A stretch of DNA of 59,638 bases, counting the filler, from Sphacelaria rigidula (taxonomy: Eukaryota): NCBI GenBank assembly GCA_964200075.2. It is 9 parts of 9 records of this genome, joined end to end, with 100 filler letters (N's around TTAATTAATTAA, not from the genome) between each part and the next. Parts side by side here need not be neighbours in the genome. Positions count along the whole stretch, not along the records: positions 6,639 to 13,176 come from CAXNAA020019480.1; positions 13,277 to 19,814 come from CAXNAA020019481.1; positions 19,915 to 26,452 come from CAXNAA020019482.1; 6 more parts are not named here. One strand, written 5' to 3'. The notes under the pieces were generated by a model. It did no database searches. It saw only the letters and a list, made by a program, of their open reading frames with translations, and had not been told where the DNA came from. A program made the position numbers and the translations under genes. This document shows positions 13,032-25,100 of this stretch, in pieces (positions within the stretch are counted from its first letter, which is position 1; every line of letters starts with the position of its first letter).

Positions 13032-13147
13032 GAGACTACCAACTAGACTACTGACAAGTCAGCGCTGACTGGTCAGTCGTCTAGTTGGCTGTCTCTTAAA
13101 CCGTCAAAAAGTTAGTCGCTGGTTCGATTCCCGTCAGACGCACTTTC
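13021..13147 (+). mobile_element. tRNA-derived SINE-like head with an 86-bp loopless palindrome
   Basis: 13021-13106 is self-complementary about AGCGCT (4 mismatches). The right arm carries an A-box-like GTCGTCTAGTTGG, and a B-box GGTTCGATTCCC follows at 13121-13132. Confidence 0.65.
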
Positions 13148-13176
13148 TTTGAAGAAAAAAGAGGAGTGATACAGTG

Positions 13177-13276
13177 NNNNNNNNNNNNNNNNNNNNNNNN
13201 NNNNNNNNNNNNNNNNNNNNTTAATTAATTAANNNNNNNNNNNNNNNNNNNNNNNNNNNNNNNNNNNNNNNNNNNN
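13177..13276. other. Artificial contig spacer
   Basis: N44-TTAATTAATTAA-N44. Confidence 0.99.
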
Positions 13277-13346
13277 AGATTTTAATCCTCCGGGTTCTCA
13301 TCCTCAATGAAAAGCACCATCCTCAACATAGATGATCGGCTGTTAT
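13277..13346. mobile_element. Right-end fragment of the fold-back family seen at 49777-50223
   Basis: CTCCGGGTTCTCATCCTCAA(C)TGAAAAGC(A/T)CCATCCTCAA is shared with about 50166-50205. Confidence 0.75.
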
Positions 13347-13369
13347 ACGTCCTCTATACAGTATTATAT

Positions 13370-14265
13370 GAAGAATTCATAGAAAACGACCCGAAATTGA
13401 GCTGCATCATCGCGTGTTCATGTCGAAGCGGTTCCTATGTGGAGATGGACCAGCCACGGAAAAATGAAACGCTATTATGTTGTTCACTTTCAAGTATTTT
13501 TTCCACGACATTTTGACACGATGTGCATGACATATGTTGTAAAGTATTTTTTGTCCCCTCTTGAAGTTTTTTTTTCAATGAGTTGTCGACGCTTTCGTAC
13601 CAAGAAAATTTGTTCCGAAATTGAGATCACCAATAAATAACTCGAGAGGAAAACAAAAAACAAATGAGGGGGGAACGGTAGGAGCTCCACACATACCTCA
13701 TGTACATCGTGTCAAAATTACATGGAAAACGCCCAGAAATTAACCTGTAAAATCGCGTTTTCCCGTTGAGAACCGGTTCGCTTGCTTCTAGAGTACAACA
13801 ACCTCAGCCGGAACTTTGACGTTTTGAACAAGGTTTGTTCACACACTGCTCAGCGGTTCGCACACTACTGCCAGACGCCTTGGCGCGCTGGAGATCTCGT
13901 CTGCGTGCCATCTCAGACACTACGCGCCTACCGTACGACATGCATTGTTGTAAAACCACAACTAGTGCAGCACCATCACTTTGCGGCCGGGGCACAACCG
14001 ACTGTAACCGTAAATGCGATTCCAGCCGTTTTCGCCCCCTAATGCCACCGCACATGCCACCCTTAACTCTCTACACTTCGCCGCTGACTACAGTTTGGTA
14101 TTTCGTTCGATGAGAACTTGTCAGGTCGCGGTGCTACGTGACGTGAAAGACATGCGTTGATTTGCAGACCACCACGTTGTGTCATATTGTAGTAGGCATA
14201 ACCCGCGATAGATCGTCGGCTAGAACCGGCTGGAGGAAAGTCCGCTTTTTGGGCGGCCGAGTCTG
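13370..14265. mobile_element. Left-truncated copy of the non-autonomous Tc1/mariner-type element at 44975-46104
   Basis: Colinear match, e.g. GGTTCCTATGTGGAGATGGACCAGCCACG and ACCACAACTAGTGCAGCACCATCACTTTGCGGCCG. Ends GGCGGCCGAGTCTG followed by TA. Confidence 0.85.
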
Positions 14266-15262
14266 TATTCGGTAATGGGTGATAGCTCCAGGCAACCCTT
14301 CGTTGGCCGCGTGTAAAACGTCATGTCCCGAGAAAGAGGGAAGGAGGGTAGGGAACAGCAGGGGTGGACCCGGTGGGACTGCGTGACTGCAATCACTATC
14401 TGCCTCATCCATACTCGTATTAACGTTCGTCATTATCACGCTCGCATATTATCATCACACTCGCACCCCTGAAGACGGTTCCACAATATCCTATGTAGCC
14501 TTAACTCTCCAAACATGGGCTACTGCTGCCTGTACGTTGCAACGTACCGATTAGCACACGAAACTTCCTCACGGACTTTCCTACAAAGTATCCGATTATG
14601 ATACTTCCTCTGTCGCATAAATAAGGATCTTTGAGTTTACCAGGAGCGTTCACCCTAACGGCGTGTATGACACACTACAGTTGGTATCGTTGGGAAGATA
14701 AACGTACGGGAAGCCGATCAAGAGAAGAAGAGATCATATATATATATATATATTTGGTTCAAAATTCGGGCCGAAATGTTTGGCCGCTTCAAATCCGGGT
14801 TTTGCCAAATCCCACATTTTTTTTTCCATTTTCGTACCGGCCATGAATGAAAACACGACAAAGCGGTTTCGGACGAGGCATAGCAACCTCTTCACGATAA
14901 GTGAGCGAAAAAGAACAGTTTTTGGCTAGTTTTTGCCATTTCTTCCGCGTGACGTTTTGTTTTGCCCCCGGGAAAGGGGTGAATTCCGGCCATGTTCAGG
15001 CCGACTGATTCTTTTCGGCCGTTCGGCCGCGTGGGGTAAGCGACATTCGCTAACAAAGAACAATCGGTCTCAACCCCCAAACCGGCAAAAAATGCATTAG
15101 AAAAAACAACAACAAAAGAATCGGACATGGTAAAGGGCCAGTACAACCTTAACTACCCTTACTTCTGGGCCAGAAGAAGTATTCTGTGTAATATTTTGAC
15201 ATTCTTGGTGCTCCGAATCATAGCGTACAACGTTTTGTTTTTCAAGTTCACCCTGTCGAGCC

Positions 15263-15619
15263 GGTCGCCCCGGTGGCTCAGTTGGTAACATCGAAGCCTT
15301 CTGACGGTTGGGTCGTGGGTTCAAATCTCGGAGCGATCTGGGTTCTTTCCTCACACCATGGCCAACAGTGGAGAGCGACTGTGTCGTGGGTACACAAAAC
15401 TCGACTTAACGGTCAACGAGGGAAAGGGACTGCCGAACTCTCTCGCGATCAAAAATAAAGGCAAGCACCGCAGAAGGAAGGCGGGGTCCTGAAAACAAAT
15501 AAAAATAAAAGAAGCTCCTGTGTTGACCTTCCTCTTGTGTGACCCCGGCTGGTGTGCCCACATATACCGAAAGGTGTTGACCGGCGTCCAGAATAGATGG
15601 GACGACAACACACGCACAC
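15263..15619 (+). mobile_element. tRNA-derived SINE
   Basis: A-box TGGCTCAGTTGG and B-box GGTTCAAATC. The body is homologous to 21149-21752 (ACGAGGGAAAGGG, AAAGGCAAGCACCGCA, TGTGTTGACCT, CCCACATATACCG) and ends in a CA-rich tail. Confidence 0.8.
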
Positions 15620-17138
15620 CCTGTCCTATCCTCCTTCTTTGTCTTGTTTCTTTCTCGCGTTTCCTTTGGCGAGTGTTGGCGTTTTGTTTGCCTTGGGTAC
15701 GCCCATCTCGTGGATAATGACCACGACTGCATTTTTCGGGGATCAGATAATAAGTGACGACCGACCAATAATTCGACAATCGAACTATCAATACGGGCTC
15801 AACTAAATAACATCCTGTGTACATACGTACACCAAGCACGGGCATGCGTCTCCGCATGATTACGTCAAAAATTTCTGTCTTTGACCGTAAGTCAAGCGAA
15901 GCAGTGCTTCTTCATCAATCCCCCCCGAGAAACTCGAGCACAAGCTAAGGGTGCTCCGGAAACAAACGCCCTATCGCCAGACCAAACTATTCATCACTAC
16001 CGCAACGTACATCGTAGGGACGGAGGTACAAAGGCAGTCGTTCACTGGGCTATTATGGCTTCTTACAACTTGCATAACGGAGTCAACGATAGATACACTC
16101 CCAGATCTCCGAGAGTAGATGCAGTTCCAATCCGAACACAAGATCACTCTCGGACTTACATGAAGTCCAACTACAACGTGACGTCAATGCACGAAAACAA
16201 AATAAGTTATTTCCCTCACCTCGTCAAGCAAGACTAGCTGCCAGCTTCCTCTAGCAAACTGCGTGCCACACGATATTTGATAACCTGAAAACCGTCATCT
16301 GGAAGCCCCAGTCGCCCCCACGCTGGGCATTGTCCGCTTAGAAACGTATACTATTGCTGTTGTAGCCAAACACTAGGACGATCACAATTTTACATCTGGG
16401 AATCTCCTCGGAGAGCAAGCCATACAGTCTCAACCAGCTGTAGCAAAAGGGCCAAAGCTAGACAAATCGAGCTTCTACCTGCAACAACAGGATAAAAGCC
16501 GAACAATAACACCGCCTGAGACCGGTCTCCTTTGCGAGTTGATCGAGCATACCGCCATCAACTATCGCCCGAAACAGTATCTTTCCGTCAGCGGGCAGCA
16601 ACGCTCCAACCGAAATGTACCGATTGGCAGAAAAATCAACTACAACAGTGTCCTCCAAAGTCAGTAGTCTAAGATACAGGGAATTCCCGCGAATTACACT
16701 GATGAAGTACCGGATGCCACCGATTACCTCTAACGCCTACGTTGGTTACTGCATCCGACGGATACCCTGTACGAGATCTTTGCCGGCTTGAGTAGCCTGT
16801 ATCAGCCATTCCACGGTTCTGTGTATGACTACCGAAGGTCATCTATATCCCTCCCTAACTCCGACATTCCACAGTGAGTCAGGACAAGGGACCGAACGAT
16901 GAAAAGCGAAACCTGGCAACGAGATCACACACGACAACACACGCTCACACGCTTGAACCGATATGTTCGCATCCAACCCCAAGAGCCATGCGGGTAATCT
17001 CACCCTCGCCAATAGTCTCGACTCAAGAGAAGCACTCGACCATACTTCTAGCCTCAACCGTGAGAAAATGTAACACAGTGCTTCCCACGCCCACCTTCGT
17101 GGTATGGCGGAACGAACACGGGAAAATTCAGTGTGTAA

Positions 17139-17616
17139 GGCCGCTTCTCATAATAGACAGAAATGTAAATGTGGAAAAGTGTCTTTTTGGAGCTTTTACG
17201 TCGTTTCACGCCCCAAGAGAAAGCTAGGCGGAGTTTGACACCTTGAAATGACTTGCTCCACTAGTTGAGGCGGTTCCAGGACATATTCGCGTTTTCCTGT
17301 GGCCACAGTTTCCATTTTGGCCAAACAAGAATTTTTGTCCAAGAACGGTAAAAAACAGTCAAGTCCAGGGGGAAGTGGCATGTTTTCTGGACTTGGCTGT
17401 TTATTACCGTTCCTGGACAAAAATTCTTGTTCGGCCAAAATGGAAACTGTGACCACAGGAAAACGCGAATATGTCCTGGAACCGCCTCAACTAGTGGAGC
17501 AAGTCATTTCAAGGTGTCAAACTCCGCCTAGCTTTCTCTTGGGGCGTGAAACGACGTAAAAGCTCCTAAAATACACTTTTCCAGATTTATATTTCTGTCT
17601 ATTATAAGGAGCGGCC
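17139..17616. mobile_element. PIF/Harbinger-like fold-back MITE, an almost fully palindromic 478 bp
   Basis: Termini GGCCGCT...AGCGGCC with TAA on both sides (17136-17138, 17617-17619). Arms of about 230 bp are complementary up to a short central loop near 17370-17386. Confidence 0.9.
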
Positions 17617-18130
17617 TAACAGTAAAAAAAAAACTTGAGTTTAGCTCGTCTGGCTCATCTTGATCTGCTATTATATGACCCGTAGATCAACTGCAGCTCT
17701 ATATGAATGCAAGCACTCACATAATAGAAAGGCTCATCTTCACCTGCTATTTTGCGCCCTGTAGAGCAACTGCAGCTCTATCTGAATGCAAGCACTCGCA
17801 TATTAAAACGGCCCCATACAGAATGAAGGGGCATGTACGCGAGTAGTAGTGAGGTAAACTAGGGTCCACGTTACCGTGCAGAGGACAGGGGAGGGGTCCT
17901 TGAAATCCCAGCAAGCACGCCTTGCACGACGAAGTCCATGGTCCCCACATACGATTTCGATTTGTCGAATTTGAGATGAACGTAACAGAATGTATCTACT
18001 AGAAACAAGTTTGTCGCGACACCGCATACAGAGTGAGAGAGACAGGAAGAGATCTCCCTCCTTCCACTCTCGTCCTTCCTTGATATTTTTCGATGTTCGT
18101 GGCAATTTGCCTTGAAAAAATTACTGGCAG

Positions 18131-18381
18131 GCATCGATCATCTGCTCGTCGGCGGAGAGGAGGTGGGAAGCCCAGAGGGCGAGGAATCAGACGAGCGTCG
18201 AGTTGCGTGTTTCATGTCCCTTTTATCGTTTCTGGCAGATAGATCTGAGGTACTATATATATCTCCGGCGTTTCGAATGGACACGCTAAACGCCGCCGCT
18301 TTCCGGAATGTGCAGAGCGCAACACTCACAGAGACTCCCCTGTCGGACGCTGGTGTGAATGGCAGAGGCGAAATTATTCAG
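18131..18381 (+). CDS. Internal exon of a subtilisin-like (S8) serine protease: end of propeptide and start of catalytic domain
   Basis: CAG|...CAG|GTGCGC boundaries. Reads IDHLLVGG...CFMSLLSFLADRSEVLYISP...NVQSATLTETPLSDAGVNGRGEIIQ; the end matches the G-x-x-G-x-G-(E/Q)-I segment just before the catalytic D(T/S)G of Kp43-type subtilases. The next exon was not located. Confidence 0.6.
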
Positions 18382-19814
18382 GTGCGCGTGTGTGTGATGG
18401 TGGAGATGATAATCATTTTTCTTTTTTCAATCATTATAGTGGAAACTAATGGCCTTTGTTTAATGTCTGGAGCTAACGTAAAAGAGTCGCGAGGTAACGT
18501 GTAAATGTTGTTCGACTGGCTACACATCGCATGTTCACTCGGCTGTTCGTCGGGTTGTATCCTCTGGATCATGTTTGCATACTACTCGTCGGAGGCACAA
18601 AACCATACTGTAGTGTGACGTCAAGATCAAAACGCCAGAAATTGGGTGGAGCGACAAACAGCGAGAGGTTTGTTACAGAAGCTAAATATATATATATATA
18701 TATATGTTGTTGCTCCTTCTCGAGGTCCTTTCTTACATTGCATCAAAAGAACGGAAACGCACGGCGTCTGTCTTAACGATCCCTTGTAGTGAATGTTTGG
18801 CGATTGATAAAATCCCTGCAAGCAGCAACTCTTCCAGCAACACAGCCAGAATTTGCCCAATATATAGTATATATAATGTTTCGAACTCACGAGCGTGAAG
18901 CATAGTTTGTAACGAGGCGTCCACGAGATTCAATGCTGATTTTGGTGTGCAAGTTTCTCCGTACCCGCCCCGGGCGATGTCTGTTCGGGCCAATGCCAAT
19001 GCTAGGGGCCCGGTTAGCGGATTCGTACTTGACTTTGTGCGGGGATACACATGCCTTCGCGACCGTTCGAACGGACGCGCGATTACGGTGGTCCTGCAAT
19101 GTTTCCGGCGGGCATGGATATTAGTTCGAGAGAGGATCTATTCTCACGAGGGCTTTCACGAGGGCTTGGCAAGGCAAGAATACCGAGACCCTCGAAAAAG
19201 ACGGACGGGGCCAGAGCCCCGGGTCCGGTGCGGCTTGAACATATATAAATATATATATGTAGATGAAACCCACCAACAGTTCGTAGTCGTATAATCATGT
19301 GCCCTTCATGGACGTGTTTGGATCTTACGACGCTTCCCGTCGAAGCGACACCGAACGAGACCTCCACACTACGATTTCGTACTGTGCGTCACCCTTCTTT
19401 TCAAGTTGGCCACGTTCACGACATTTCTACACTGAATTTTGCACTCACCCCTCTCCCCCATGGTTTAGTCTGACCCTTTCTCACAGAAGGGCACGGAGTA
19501 GGTACGAGATCTGTGAAACGGACCAGGTCTGCAAGCGATACCTCGTGGGGGAGAGGAGGTGTACCCATGATATTGCACATCGTAGTCTTGAGACCATTGA
19601 CCTCGCATCCCTACAAAGCCGGGACGGAGCACGCTGGGTTTTACGCCGGACCTCTCTCGCAATCAATCACTAAGCGCGGAGTGTCGTGATGTGTTTGGCG
19701 AGTCGCATGAAGGGTAATGAAATCACAGCTCGCTTCCCCCCCCCCCCCGGTTTTTGCTCCGTCCCGGAAGGGGGGGGCGGGGTACGGGCCAACGACGAAG
19801 GGAAGAAACAAATG

Positions 19815-19914
19815 NNNNNNNNNNNNNNNNNNNNNNNNNNNNNNNNNNNNNNNNNNNNTTAATTAATTAANNNNNNNNNNNNNNNNNNNNNNNNNNNNNN
19901 NNNNNNNNNNNNNN
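19815..19914. other. Artificial contig spacer
   Basis: N44-TTAATTAATTAA-N44. Confidence 0.99.
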
Positions 19915-19991
19915 CTGGCGCTCATTACTTTCTTTCCGTAGCTCATTACGTTTCTTCCATACATTACACAAACCCCTATAGAGGGTGAGGC

Positions 19992-20290
19992 AGATACCCG
20001 GTACTGGTATGTGGGACACCTCATACCCTATCGATACCGACCCAATCGAAAGTCGGGTATTTCCAAATGTCATACCTACGATATCTACTATACCACGGTA
20101 TTTCGAGATACGAGGATCTGCCGTATCTGCCCAATCGGGTATTTTTAAATGCTATACCTACGATACCTACGATACCACGGTGTTTCGAGATACCAGTACC
20201 TACTGTACCCGCTCAATCAGGTATCTTCGAAACTCATACCTACGATACCCACGCATACCACGCTATGTGACACCCCGGTAAATACCGGGA
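19992..20290. repeat. Degenerate tandem repeat (about 83-bp unit) rich in ATACC/GGTAT words
   Basis: Three occurrences of (C/A)GGTAT..ATACCTACGATA and two of ATACCACGGT(A/G)TTTCGAGATAC. Confidence 0.7.
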
Positions 20291-20460
20291 GTACGCTCGG
20301 TACGGTACCTCACCAACGGTTCCTGTGTACGGTTGCTGTTCTGCAAAAACAAATTTACCTGCCTTCATCATAGTATCACATGACAAAACACTCATACCGG
20401 TAAAACATGTTGAAATCCCGCGTGACGCTTGTTTTGATCGTGATTACACCCAGAGATATA

Positions 20461-21013
20461 CTCTCTGTCCGAAAATATAACTCCCATTTGGGAATTCGGA
20501 ATATAAGGTCGGTTTGTCGTTCAGAGTGTTGCAATAAGTTTTTTTGCCTCATTTTTTTTGTCGTGCTCCCAACGGTAGTGCTGTTTAAGAAATGGCCTAA
20601 AACAGGGGATGGTTCGTTTTCATCCCCTCTCATGGATTTTTTTGCCCCCAGGAGGATTTGCCGAAGATCTGGTCAGTAAGGGAAAAGACCGTGTCGCTTT
20701 CCCTCAGTTACGTGGCGAAGAAAACGTTTTTTTTCAGTGCAATCTTGGCTATATGTAGCCACCTGTAGGCGTGCACTTTAAAAAAGACAAACCTTTGCCG
20801 TTGACCGGGAGCAAAACTACAGGGTGTCAATAATTGGGACCTTTAAACCGAAAAAAAGGCATGAAGGGAAAAAAAAACAAAAAAAAATGTTTTTTTCGAA
20901 AGAAAAAACGATTTTTAAGGAGGGAATCGAACCCAGCATCTGCTCTTTCGTAGTGTAGAGCGTTTTTTTTTACATGAGGTGCAAATCGGAATTATATTTT
21001 CGGACAGAGGGAG
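20461..21013. mobile_element. Stowaway-like (mariner) MITE
   Basis: TIR CTC(CC)TCTGTCCGAAAATATAA / TTATATTTTCGGACAGAGGGAG with TA on both flanks; resembles the Stowaway CTCCCTCCGT terminus. Confidence 0.8.
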
Positions 21014-21148
21014 TAGTATCTATCCGGGTCTCTGGAGAAGCACGTGGGACACAGATACCGTGCAGTAGCCATGTTCATCTCCAGTCGTACTAACATTTCT
21101 CGAGCTGATCATCCGCGGTTGCTGCCTTGCAATATTTTGGTGCATACT

Positions 21149-21752
21149 GGTCGCCCGGGGCTCAGTTGACAACCTCGAAACCTTCTGACGGTTGAGATGC
21201 AGGTTCGAATCTTTACACGAACTGGGAATTTTGTTCACATCATGCCAGACAGTGGAGGGCAACTCATGTCTTGGGTACACGAAATTCAAATTCGGCTTGA
21301 CGAGCGACGAGGGAAAGGGGCGCTGAACCCTTCTCGCGATAAAGCGAAAGGCAAGCACCGCATAAGGAAGGTGGAGTGCTAAAAAAGAAGAAGGAAAACA
21401 AGAAAAATGCTGTGTTGACCTGCCTCCTGGTTTTTTCTTGTCCTCGAAGGAAGGAGGAAACCTGACCCAACACTCACCCCGCAAGCGGCTTCGTCCGCCG
21501 ATTACCCGGAGGCTCGACCAGACTGTCTCGTCGCAGTCATGTGGGGTAGGTGCCTCGAGCGTTCTCAAGCTTCGCTCAAGGCAATGTGGGGGTCAGACCC
21601 ACTAAAACCCATATCTACTCGGCGAAGGGCACGCGTCGCCAGGCTCTCACGAGCTTCGGCGCTAGGCTTGTATGTTGATGAGCCCACATATACCGGAAAG
21701 TGTACTTTGGCATCCAGATTATTTTGGATGACAACCCACAACAGCACCCACA
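21149..21752 (+). mobile_element. tRNA-derived SINE, second copy, with about 245 bp of unrelated internal sequence (about 21430-21675)
   Basis: GGGCTCAGTTGA A-box and GGTTCGAATC B-box; colinear with 15263-15619 on both sides of the extra segment. Confidence 0.75.
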
Positions 21753-22174
21753 GTACCAAGCAATAGGGTCGAAATACGACGTCTCGACGCTTGTTCAGTC
21801 CATTGATGCAGTGCAGCCTAAACGTCTGACCCGTGCAGAGACGTGATCGCAAGTTCCAGCACGACTCGTCTCCTGGTATATCCGTGTCATTGTTTCCACT
21901 ACTCATTTAATACAATTAATAACACTACTCACCAGGAGTACAGATGATCCTCGCTCTCCTCTCCTGCTGCGCAATCCCTCCTCTGCCCCCACCAATCCCA
22001 AAGTCGTCTGCGTGGAAATTGATATAGAGCCACACAACGTTCACTACGTCTTGCATACAATGACGCCTTATTTTCTCCCTTGAGAAAGAATGCCGTTCAC
22101 GTCTTCAACGACTCAGTAACACAGCCCGCTCTATTGACTGCACTGCGCGTTGATGACCATCATCATTCCACCAG

Positions 22175-25100
22175 CTACTCAGACCTGGAAAATGGCGTTG
22201 ACCTGAAACACACCACCGAGCGGGCTTTCGGACGCGAGGGTCTCGGGATCGTCGTGGTGACCGGGGTTCCCGATATCAGTGCCCCTCGCCGTAAGCTCTT
22301 CGCCTTGGGACAAAGGTGTGCGCGCTCTGATTGGATGTCGTTTTCGGTTTGATCAACATCTACTTATTATATTCGGTGCTCGAGTCGCCACTGCGGTGTA
22401 GAATCCCGGCGCTACTGGAGAAGCTCTACCCCCTTCCCCTCCCTCCCTCCCCGCGCCACACGTACGACAACCGCATGACAGGCTTCCCTCCCCTTCTATT
22501 GCCTTTATCTACCTCTGTCGTTTTTGTCTGTATATGTCAATATCTCAATTTTTCTACCTCCCTTCCTTGACTCTTCTTCCCTTTTCTACGGTGGCGACGG
22601 GGGAACACACGGGGGCGAAACTAAAACGCTGCATCCATCTTCGTACTATCGACAACCGCAAAAACATCACTATTAATACTACCACAACAACTCCAACCAC
22701 TACCACCACTGCTGCTATTGCTACTGCTACCACTACTTTCGCGACGACGACGACGACAAATACCACCACCACCACTACAACATCAATAACAACCACAACG
22801 GATGATACTAAAAACATCACAACATGGGTGAACCCCAAACAAAACGAAGGTTCGCCAAGCTTCCAGAGGCAACGAAAGTCAAGTGCGAGCACCCCGAAAG
22901 CCACTTCAGCTTCGGATGGAGTCACGGCAGGGAGACTTTGCAGGCAGGTACTCCCGACCTCGCCAAGGGCTCCTACTACGCCAACCCCTGTCACGATGCC
23001 CCGTTTGCCCACGACCCTGCGACCATCGAGGCCTACCCATCGTTCGCGCATCCTAACATTTGGCCGGATGATGGGATCGACGGCGGTGACGATATCATTG
23101 CTGCTGTGGGTGATGGTGGTGGTGCGGCTGGTGGTGGTGGTGGTGGAGGGGGTGCTGTGGATGGATTTTCGAAGGAATTCAAGGCCCTTGGGCAGGCGGT
23201 TGTGCGTGTTGGGGTCTTGGTGGCGCGACAGTGCGACAAGTGAGGCATGCTTTTATTTCGAACACGCTTCTTTGGCAGTCCTTCCTTATTTTCTCGTCCG
23301 TTTTGGCTGAAATGGGCTACATTTGCAAAAAAAACCCCTCGAGGCTAGATAAAACCGACGGCTTTGTTTTTCGAAGAAGGGGTGGGAAATGTCAGTCATG
23401 TACGCGACATTGTGTGTGCGTGGGCGTTTCGACTCTTTCGTCGGAACGGTACCGTTATACGATGAATATAGCAAGAGCTACGCAGATTTCAGTAACCGCA
23501 CAGGTGCGTTGTTTTCATGACCGGGCGGGAGGGTTCGATTGTGGCGGGTAGTCGATATCTTGAAAATTTCGAGCGTACATGTCGAACCGATTTTTTTGTC
23601 ATGTTCCTGTTGGCCATGCCCGACAAGGGGTACAGTAGGGCAGCGGACGTAGTCACTTTTACCTTGTTTCTTCGAACCGTTGAGATTCCGGACATTCCTA
23701 TGCATGGGAGCTTTTTCTTTGCTTTTTCTTACGAGGCAGACCCTCGAGCGAATGGAGTCCCGACTGGGGTGTTGTGCATGCCATTCATTCGCAAGTCACC
23801 CGTCGCGCCCTTGTGTCAAGGTATGTGGAGAGTTTGCACCCCGGCGGCGGCTACGAAGCCGGGAAGTTAGAGCGCATCGTGTCCTCCGGCCGATGTCACA
23901 AAGGTCGCCTTCTTCACTACTTCCCGCGCGAACGAGGAGGCGGCGGCGACGACGGCGACGACGGTGGTGGTGGTGAACATGATAGCTGCGAGTTTTCAGA
24001 TTGGTGCGGGTGGCACCACGATCATAGTTCGCTGACAGGCGAGACGGCGTTGTTCTTGCGGCTGTTGTATGTGTGTGTGTATGTCGTTTCGAACGATGCG
24101 AGGTAGGTAGGGGACCGGCGGTTCGGCTAGAAGGAATACGAGGTTCTGCGCTTTTGCTCGTGTATATATATATATACATGAGTGAGTGAGTAAAGGGTGC
24201 ACCTGCGGGTTTTTGCTTCCCGGGCATTAAATACTCCCACAAGGTACCCCGCGACGTGGGAGTCACAACGCACCTACGCATAACCCTTTCAAACTTCGCC
24301 GAGTTTTTTGTTCTTGTTCTGTTAAATGCATATGCAGCATCGCTTGGCGTTCCAGTTTTCAAGTGTACATGCGGCGCAATAGTTGAATCTTCAATGATCA
24401 CGCTTCTGTTTCCAGGGCTGGTCGTGGGAATGTTTCTGGACGACGCGGGGAAAGAAGTGGAAAACCAAGATCCCGATTGCGGACTATTCATACGCTCGCG
24501 ACAGGTGGGAGCAAGGGAGAGAAAGCGGGAGAACACAGTGAAGAAGTTGTACGGTATAATGGCACTGTTTTGCTGGCGTAAGTTTCAGAACATAATTTTC
24601 GGGGAGGGCATGGCAAGTGCACTTCGAGGCTGTGTATAAAGGGTTTCTTTTTATTGTCGTTGTTGCTACCGTTGTTGTGCCTGTATCCTGTACAGAACGA
24701 TTGTTCATATTTGGAAAAAAATTCGGCATGCTTCGTGGCAGCTGTGCTCTTGAAAGCAAAAAGCATAGCTCGTAGGAGGGACAAAAGTGTACATTTTATC
24801 AGAATACAGCGGGGAGTGTAGTCCTTTTTGCTCCGCGTGCCCTGTGTCATATTTGTTTGTCACCCTCACCCTGGCTTTTTTTTTTCTTCTGCTCTTTCCT
24901 CTTTATACTGCTTTATGTGTCAAAAACCATAATTTCTGTGCCTTTTCCTCGACTCTGTTTCGTGCGTGCCCCGCAGGGCAGCATTGTCAAGGCTAGTCTC
25001 CCTGAGGGGGAATCGCCGTCCACATGCTTGTTGTTTCAGATTGGAGAGACGACGCAAGCGCATTCCGGGGGTGCGCTGCAGGCCACTCCTCACGCTGTGC

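Noticed and set aside
15263..15340. tRNA gene (also 21149-21225, 13064-13137 and a reverse B-box near 20920-20935)
   Set aside because: A and B boxes are present but I could not build a full cloverleaf. In two cases the head continues into a shared repeat body, so these are SINE heads.
15881..17100. Possible retroelement remnant
   Set aside because: The composition looks element-like, but I found no protein motif or second copy.
17196..17559. Pair of near-identical 86-aa ORFs on opposite strands
   Set aside because: A by-product of the palindrome; no evidence of coding.
21780..21906. WNLRSRLCTGQTFR, resembling the OGG1 N-terminal GQxFRW motif
   Set aside because: The match is too short, there is no convincing donor or following exon, and the ORF runs into a SINE.
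22534..23310. Thr-rich mucin-like ORF
   Set aside because: It arises from an intronic ACN repeat and overlaps the dioxygenase exon in another frame.
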